A DNA stretch of 32,000 nt from Okeania sp. (lineage in GTDB: Bacteria > Cyanobacteriota > Cyanobacteriia > Cyanobacteriales > Microcoleaceae). This document shows, piece by piece, positions 27,213-32,000 of this stretch (positions are counted from its first letter, which is position 1; each line of letters opens with the position of its first letter). The DNA is taken from contig NZ_JAYKGW010000018.1 in the NCBI RefSeq assembly GCF_035285525.1, positions 1-32,000 on the forward strand, written 5' to 3'. Position numbers and translations under genes: made by a program. Under the pieces are notes generated by a model, which saw only the letters and a program-made list of their open reading frames with translations, was not told the DNA's origin and did not search any database.

Positions 27213-27962
27213 CTAACTTATTAAAGAAACTTTTCCTTCATCTAAATCATAATAACCACCCACAACTTTGAGCTTATTTTCCTTTACTAACTGACTAATT
27301 AATGGAGAAGAATTTATAATTTTCATTTGTGCAACAACATTAGCTTTCACCGCATTTTCTACAGGGTTTCCAGGTTGATTTTTAGCTGCTTCTACAGCAG
27401 GTTTAATTGCTGCAACTATACTACCAATCTGACCAGGAAGAGGTTTTTCAGCCATTGCTGCTTGAACTGCCCCACAATTTTCATGTCCTAATACCATCAA
27501 TACTTTTGAACCTAATACAAAAGTTCCATATTCTATACTACCAATTTCTTCTGGAGTAGCAATATTTCCTGCTTCTCTAACCACAAATAAATCTCCAAAA
27601 CCTCGGTCAAAAAGTATCTCCACAGGTACACGAGAATCTGCACAAGAAAGAATAGTAACAAAGGGGTTTTGACCATCAGCAACTTCTGTTACTCTAGCCA
27701 TACTTACATTGGGATTTGTAAGTTTATTTTGTACAAATCTTTGATTTCCTGCCATTAATACTTCCAAAATTTCATCTGGAGACATTTCTGGAGAAACTTC
27801 AATTTTGGCAAGTGTTGTTGGTGTGGCTTTTGCTTGCTCAATATTTTTGGTTTGACAACTAACAGCTAAACTTGTTGCTCCTGCTGCTAAAGCAAATTTG
27901 CCATAGTTAAGGATTTTTCTGCGGGAAATTTTACTATTAAAGTTTTCTGAATTTGTATTCAT
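27213..27962 (-). CDS. Beta-class carbonic anhydrase with Tat signal and lipobox (EcaB-like)
   Basis: 249 aa. Has the twin-arginine SRRKIL followed by the lipobox LAVSC, and the beta-CA zinc ligand motifs SCADSRV and GHENCGA. Confidence 0.85.
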   Translation of the reverse strand: MNTNSENFNSKISRRKILNYGKFALAAGATSLAVSCQTKNIEQAKATPTTLAKIEVSPEMSPDEILEVLMAGNQRFVQNKLTNPNVSMARVTEVADGQNPFVTILSCADSRVPVEILFDRGFGDLFVVREAGNIATPEEIGSIEYGTFVLGSKVLMVLGHENCGAVQAAMAEKPLPGQIGSIVAAIKPAVEAAKNQPGNPVENAVKANVVAQMKIINSSPLISQLVKENKLKVVGGYYDLDEGKVSLIS

Positions 27963-28039
27963 TAGAAGATTAATTTAATTACAGCATAACGACACAATAC
28001 ATGAAAATTTATACTATTAGAAAGTTTTCTTTAGTTATT

Positions 28040-28675
28040 TTATTTTATTTTAATTTTGTCAGCATTTGTGGAGAAATATTTCTGAAAAGGATAAGACAAA
28101 ATAGCCAAAAGTTTGTCAGTATTTCTGATATAATATTCACGCAGATCGATACAGAGAAGATTGCCTTCTAAGATGAGAAATTGCCAAATTGTTCCTGTAG
28201 TTACGGCTCCATAAATGGACAAATTAATATTTTTTTTCAAGTTAAATTTTTGAGCAGCAATCATTTCTGCCATACACTGGGCTAAACCTCCTTTAATATT
28301 TTCATTTTTGGCTTCAACTAATGTAAATACTGGTTGGCATATTTCATAAATTTCTCTGGAAGCTGTTAAGATAAAGTCACAATAACCGTTTAATCCTAAC
28401 TCAGGATCGATATTAAATTCTGAACCCGAAAAAAAACCTACTTCATTTTGATGAATATGTCGAACTTCCAATAGGGTGGGAGCAATTAAAAGTTCAGAGC
28501 GAGCTTTTTCGGTATTGATAGCATTAGCGAGGGGAATATTTCTTTCTAAAATTTGTTGTAGAAATGTGCTGACTTCGATAGGAGGAATATCAGCAAATAA
28601 ATTTTTTGACTCGTCTACTTTTAAGTTAAAGCGATCGCGCACCTCAGCTATGGTTTTAAATTCACTATAGGGCAT
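28040..28675 (-). CDS. Hypothetical protein with a PD-(D/E)XK nuclease-like motif
   Basis: 211 aa. GYCDFIL ... (~20 aa) ... LVEAKNEN fits D-(X)n-E-X-K. No partner gene is adjacent. Confidence 0.55.
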   Translation of the reverse strand: MPYSEFKTIAEVRDRFNLKVDESKNLFADIPPIEVSTFLQQILERNIPLANAINTEKARSELLIAPTLLEVRHIHQNEVGFFSGSEFNIDPELGLNGYCDFILTASREIYEICQPVFTLVEAKNENIKGGLAQCMAEMIAAQKFNLKKNINLSIYGAVTTGTIWQFLILEGNLLCIDLREYYIRNTDKLLAILSYPFQKYFSTNADKIKIK

Positions 28676-28977
28676 TTTCAGTTCCTTGTAATTATAATAA
28701 AGTTTCTAGAAATGTCTTTATTGTGTAGGGGTTTCCCTACATTAGCGCCAAAGATTAGCTAAATATTGACAGACATCAAAAAAACCATCCCAAGATACAT
28801 AAGACTTTTGCCTTTTATCGAAATACTTAAGCTAGGCGATCGCCTGCAAATATAAGGACGCTGCTCAACCCATATTGAAATCTATGACCGAATTTCCTAT
28901 TGCTATTTTTTCATAGGGTAGGGAGTAGAAAGTAGTTAAGAGTTAAGATTTAGAGATGTTGTATGCAACGTTTCTAC

Positions 28978-29403
28978 CTACTTTTTGTTCCCTAACTCAG
29001 ATAAAGACACTTTGCAACCAACTGGATAAGGTGAATAATAAGTAGTAGAACGTTTACCAAAAATTGTATAACGATTATCTCTAATCTGTTCATAAAAGCG
29101 ATCGCCTATCCATTTTGCTCCAGGTAAAGCACGATATGCTGCGACAAAGGCATTTCCTGTAGGTAATAATCTGCCTATTTCTTCTGCTGCATCACTACCT
29201 TGCCACCGAGATTCTGGTACATTTTTATTAATTAAAATCATTCCCATTTCACAATCTTCAGCAGTAATACCAAATTGATTTAATGCTTCTAAATCTTGCA
29301 TCGGAATGTACTCAAATAGTTGACCTTTATCTATATTTTCTAAGACTTGTACTAAAGTTACACATAAATTACAATTCCCATCGTAAATTACAATATAGTT
29401 CAT
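28978..29403 (-). CDS. Thiol-disulfide oxidoreductase, DCC family (DUF393)
   Basis: The internal start MNYIVIYDGNCNLCV (ATG at 29403) gives a 141-aa protein with the YDGxCxLC motif. The 41-codon N-terminal extension in the track ORF overlaps the upstream gene and is rejected. Confidence 0.75.
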   Translation of the reverse strand: MNYIVIYDGNCNLCVTLVQVLENIDKGQLFEYIPMQDLEALNQFGITAEDCEMGMILINKNVPESRWQGSDAAEEIGRLLPTGNAFVAAYRALPGAKWIGDRFYEQIRDNRYTIFGKRSTTYYSPYPVGCKVSLSELGNKK

Positions 29404-29446
29404 ATTAAAGCTGTTTCCTCCCAAATATCCTAAACTCTCCACATTT

Positions 29447-30529
29447 CTAACCAACAAGCACCTCCAAAGTTTCCCGCAACTCATCCACCGTTGTAGTTGC
29501 CGTACCAAACTTACGCACCACCACACTAGCAGCCAAATTTCCTATCACCGCTGCTTCCCAAGTGGAAGCACCAGCACCCAAAGCTAAAGTTAAAGCTGCC
29601 ACTACAGTATCTCCAGCACCAGTGACATCAAAAACATCAGTCCGGTTAAAAGCAGGAATATGCCAACAATAGATACTCTCACCCCCATTTCCAGAAATAG
29701 TAAAAGGAGGAGGAGAAAACTCAGAAGGAGCTAGACGGTCAAACAAACTCATACCTTCGTCACCACGAGTAATCAAAATTTGTTGTGCATCCGTTAATTT
29801 TAACAGATCGCTCCCAGCGCGATAAAGAGTATCAAAATCAGAAATAGTATATCCCACCGCATGCTCCGCCTCCGGAAGATTAGGAGTAAACAAACTTGCG
29901 CCCCTGTAACGTTCCAAATTTTTCTGAGTATCAACAATAATTCTGTGAGAATGAGAAACACTCGCTTCAATAGTAGGTTTAGTCAGAACCCCATCCCCAT
30001 AATCAGAACAAACCACTGCATCCACCTTACCAACTTGTTGCTGAATCAACTCTGCTAACTGTGATTGTAAATCAACACCAGGCAAATCATCAGACTTGCG
30101 ATCCACCCTAACTATTTGTTGAGTCACAGACTGGCGAGCATGACCAGAAATTCTAGTTTTAGTCACCGTCGGGCGGTCAGAATCAACTAAAATACCAGTA
30201 GTATCAACACCAGCATCATCAAAAATCTGACGCAGCGCCATACCCTGTTCATCCTTTCCCACCAAACCAACAACCCGAACCTTAGCGCCCAACTTAGCAA
30301 AATTATAAACGGCATTAGCACCACCCCCTGGTACTCGGTCTGTATTTTCGTGACGCAAAATTAATACAGGTGCTTCACGAGAAATGCGTTCGACTTGACC
30401 AGTCATAAATTCATCCAGGGTTAAATCTCCGACCACTAAGACTTTAACTTGAGAAAAACCCTCCAGTAAATTCAGGAGTCGAGGGGTAGAACTTTTGAGT
30501 AGAGCGATAAATTCTGAGTCTAATAGCAT
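29447..30529 (-). CDS. PfkB-family carbohydrate kinase (RfaE/HldE domain-I-like heptose-phosphate kinase)
   Basis: 360 aa. VLVVGDLTLDEFMTGQVERISREAPVLIL...GGGANA at the N-terminus and DVTGAGDT near the C-terminus are ribokinase/PfkB motifs. Confidence 0.8.
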   Translation of the reverse strand: MLLDSEFIALLKSSTPRLLNLLEGFSQVKVLVVGDLTLDEFMTGQVERISREAPVLILRHENTDRVPGGGANAVYNFAKLGAKVRVVGLVGKDEQGMALRQIFDDAGVDTTGILVDSDRPTVTKTRISGHARQSVTQQIVRVDRKSDDLPGVDLQSQLAELIQQQVGKVDAVVCSDYGDGVLTKPTIEASVSHSHRIIVDTQKNLERYRGASLFTPNLPEAEHAVGYTISDFDTLYRAGSDLLKLTDAQQILITRGDEGMSLFDRLAPSEFSPPPFTISGNGGESIYCWHIPAFNRTDVFDVTGAGDTVVAALTLALGAGASTWEAAVIGNLAASVVVRKFGTATTTVDELRETLEVLVG

Positions 30530-30533
30530 AATT

Positions 30534-30572
30534 GAAGGAAGAAGGAAGAAGGAAGAGGGAAGAAGGAAGGAA
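30534..30572. repeat. Heptamer tandem repeat (GAAGGAA)x5; on the coding (minus) strand it reads as a pure pyrimidine (TTCCTTC)n tract ending 4 nt before the PfkB start codon
   Basis: gaaggaagaaggaagaaggaagagggaagaaggaaggaagcc. Track ORF 30444..30644 (-) is judged spurious. Confidence 0.85.
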
Positions 30573-31377
30573 GCCTAGTAGTAGTGTGACATCAAATCCG
30601 GTAGTATCGGTATGATTCATTTCCCGTAGGGGTTGGGTCTCCAATTTTTCGGGAACCGTACCCTCTACAAACTAGGAGTTTTCGCCAATACTTATAGTAT
30701 AATCTTATTCTCCAAAGCAAGCGTTGATATGACACATCAATAAATAGTAGGGGCCACTTTTAGTGGAAATTTTCATGTTTACCTCAGTGGATTGTTTTAC
30801 CTAAATAAAATAGTGCATTAGGCATCTCCAGAAAAGAGGTATGGGGGCAATAGGAAGAAGGAATTTTTTGGAGATGTCTATTAGCTTTTTTCTTCACCCC
30901 ATCACCCCATCACCCCATGACTTCATTTTCTAATCCAACATTTAAGATGAAATTGTCTACCACATTTTTAGGTGTGTTAGTCTAGTAGTTACATACAGCA
31001 TATTTCGGACAAATGAGATTACAGGATAAATGGTGAAAGTATTGTAGTGCGATTTTTCGGGAACCGTGCATCTTGCCCGTATGGGGGTGTACCTCACCAG
31101 CAGCGGAAAGGGCTGTAACACATCTAAAATAGTCCAATAAATAGTAGGGGCGGATTTTTAGTTGAAAGTTCAATGCTCAACCTAAATTTAAGTAAACCCG
31201 CCCTAATGCACAAAATTAGCTTTGTCAAAAAAATAATTGAGTCCTGCCACCCCACCTTGATTGCACAGCATTCCCTATGGGAATCGGCGAAACGTTTTTA
31301 GAGCTTTGCTCAAATCCCCGTTACAAAAACAACTCCTCACTTCTGACTTCTGACTTCATTAACAGTCTACTACTGGA

Positions 31378-31938
31378 CTACTTTTTCAACTTTTTGACAA
31401 TAGTCACAACTTGAGCCATTTGTTTTTTCAATCCAGCAATTTCAGCTTCCATTTTCTTAACTTGAGCTTCCAATTCCTGAATTTTACCAGAACCATCTCC
31501 CGCTTCTGCTACATTATTTGAAGTATCCTCCGTAGGCCGTTGTTTGGATAACTTAAAGGCTAATTGAATAGCTGCTGTTAATTCTTTTTGCTCAAAAGGC
31601 TTCTCTAGAAAAGCAAAATAATGTTTCTCAAAAGGTTCAGGAATTTTTTCTGCTACCTCTTCCTTACGACCAGACATAAGGACTAGAGGAATCTTTTTTA
31701 ATTGAGGTTGGGATTGAATTTTTTGAAATACCTGCCAACCAGTTACTTTAGGCAGCAGAAAATCCAACATAATTAAGTTAGGACGTTCCTTTACAATAAA
31801 TTTGAGTCCTTCTTGGCCATCTTTTGCTTCTAGAACATTAAAGTTTCCTTGAGGAAGCATTTCCTTAACTCTAACTCTAATAACTTTACTATCATCAATA
31901 ACTAAAATTTTGTGTCCTGCCACAGCTTGCCCCTCCAA
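31378..31938 (-). CDS. Single-domain response regulator (CheY-like receiver) with a C-terminal coiled-coil tail
   Basis: 186 aa. Has KILVIDDS, phospho-acceptor context LIMLDFLLP, LMSGR and EKPF. The tail IQELEAQVKKMEAEIAGLKKQM has heptad character. The start (TTG per the track, or the GTG 5 codons in) is uncertain. Confidence 0.8.
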   Translation of the reverse strand: MEGQAVAGHKILVIDDSKVIRVRVKEMLPQGNFNVLEAKDGQEGLKFIVKERPNLIMLDFLLPKVTGWQVFQKIQSQPQLKKIPLVLMSGRKEEVAEKIPEPFEKHYFAFLEKPFEQKELTAAIQLAFKLSKQRPTEDTSNNVAEAGDGSGKIQELEAQVKKMEAEIAGLKKQMAQVVTIVKKLKK

Positions 31939-32000
31939 TGATGAGTTAATATTTTCAAATTAATTTTATCTATAATGCTTATAGTTAGGACTTACGCGGA

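Noticed and set aside
29404-29526. 41-codon N-terminal extension of the DCC-family ORF (track 28978..29526)
   Set aside because: It overlaps the 3' end of the PfkB gene and is Cys/Trp/Arg-rich nonsense. The conserved DCC motif starts right after the internal ATG at 29403.
31079-31092. NtcA-type site GTA-N8-TAC (gtatgggggtgtac)
   Set aside because: It lies inside a dispersed repeat, ~550 nt from the nearest upstream-oriented start codon, with no -10 box at the proper spacing. It is probably a chance match.

Overview
Chromosomal segment from a filamentous, probably heterocystous (Nostocales-type) cyanobacterium. This assignment is an inference from several things seen in the sequence: many HIP1 octamers (GCGATCGC, at least 15 by eye), STRR-like heptamer tandem repeats, xisI/xisH remnants, chlI, and a GUN4-domain kinase. 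The window is AT-rich.

Intact content is about 16 mostly housekeeping genes: a GH57 glycosidase, a P-type ATPase, a Zn-dependent alcohol dehydrogenase, a Ca2+/H+ exchanger, tRNA-Arg(UCU), dapB, chlI, ruvC, a TPM-domain protein, a Tat-lipoprotein beta-carbonic anhydrase, a PD-(D/E)XK-like protein, a DCC oxidoreductase, a PfkB sugar kinase and a CheY-like response regulator.

These genes are separated by unusually long intergenic tracts filled with at least four families of small MITE-like inverted-repeat elements, tandem heptamers and local duplications.

Two accessory stretches (about 18.9-22.0 kb and 23.5-25.45 kb) contain almost only decayed genes. These are a Ser/Thr kinase-GUN4 fusion, a small membrane protein, an HNH nuclease, a PIN toxin with an antitoxin stub, and xisI with an xisH stub. 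They are inactivated mainly by in-frame nonsense mutations rather than by insertions.

I did not find an intact multi-gene system of unknown function. The most unusual signals are:
- the higher-order hairpin repeat array upstream of the GH57 gene;
- heptamer arrays butted against start codons of three unrelated genes;
- a tandem duplication that captured the 3' end of the ATPase gene;
- the nonsense-dominated decay of three adjacent two-gene (toxin-antitoxin-like) modules, in which one 122-aa partner ORF survives intact.

All coordinates of repeats were determined by eye and are approximate (+/- a few bp).
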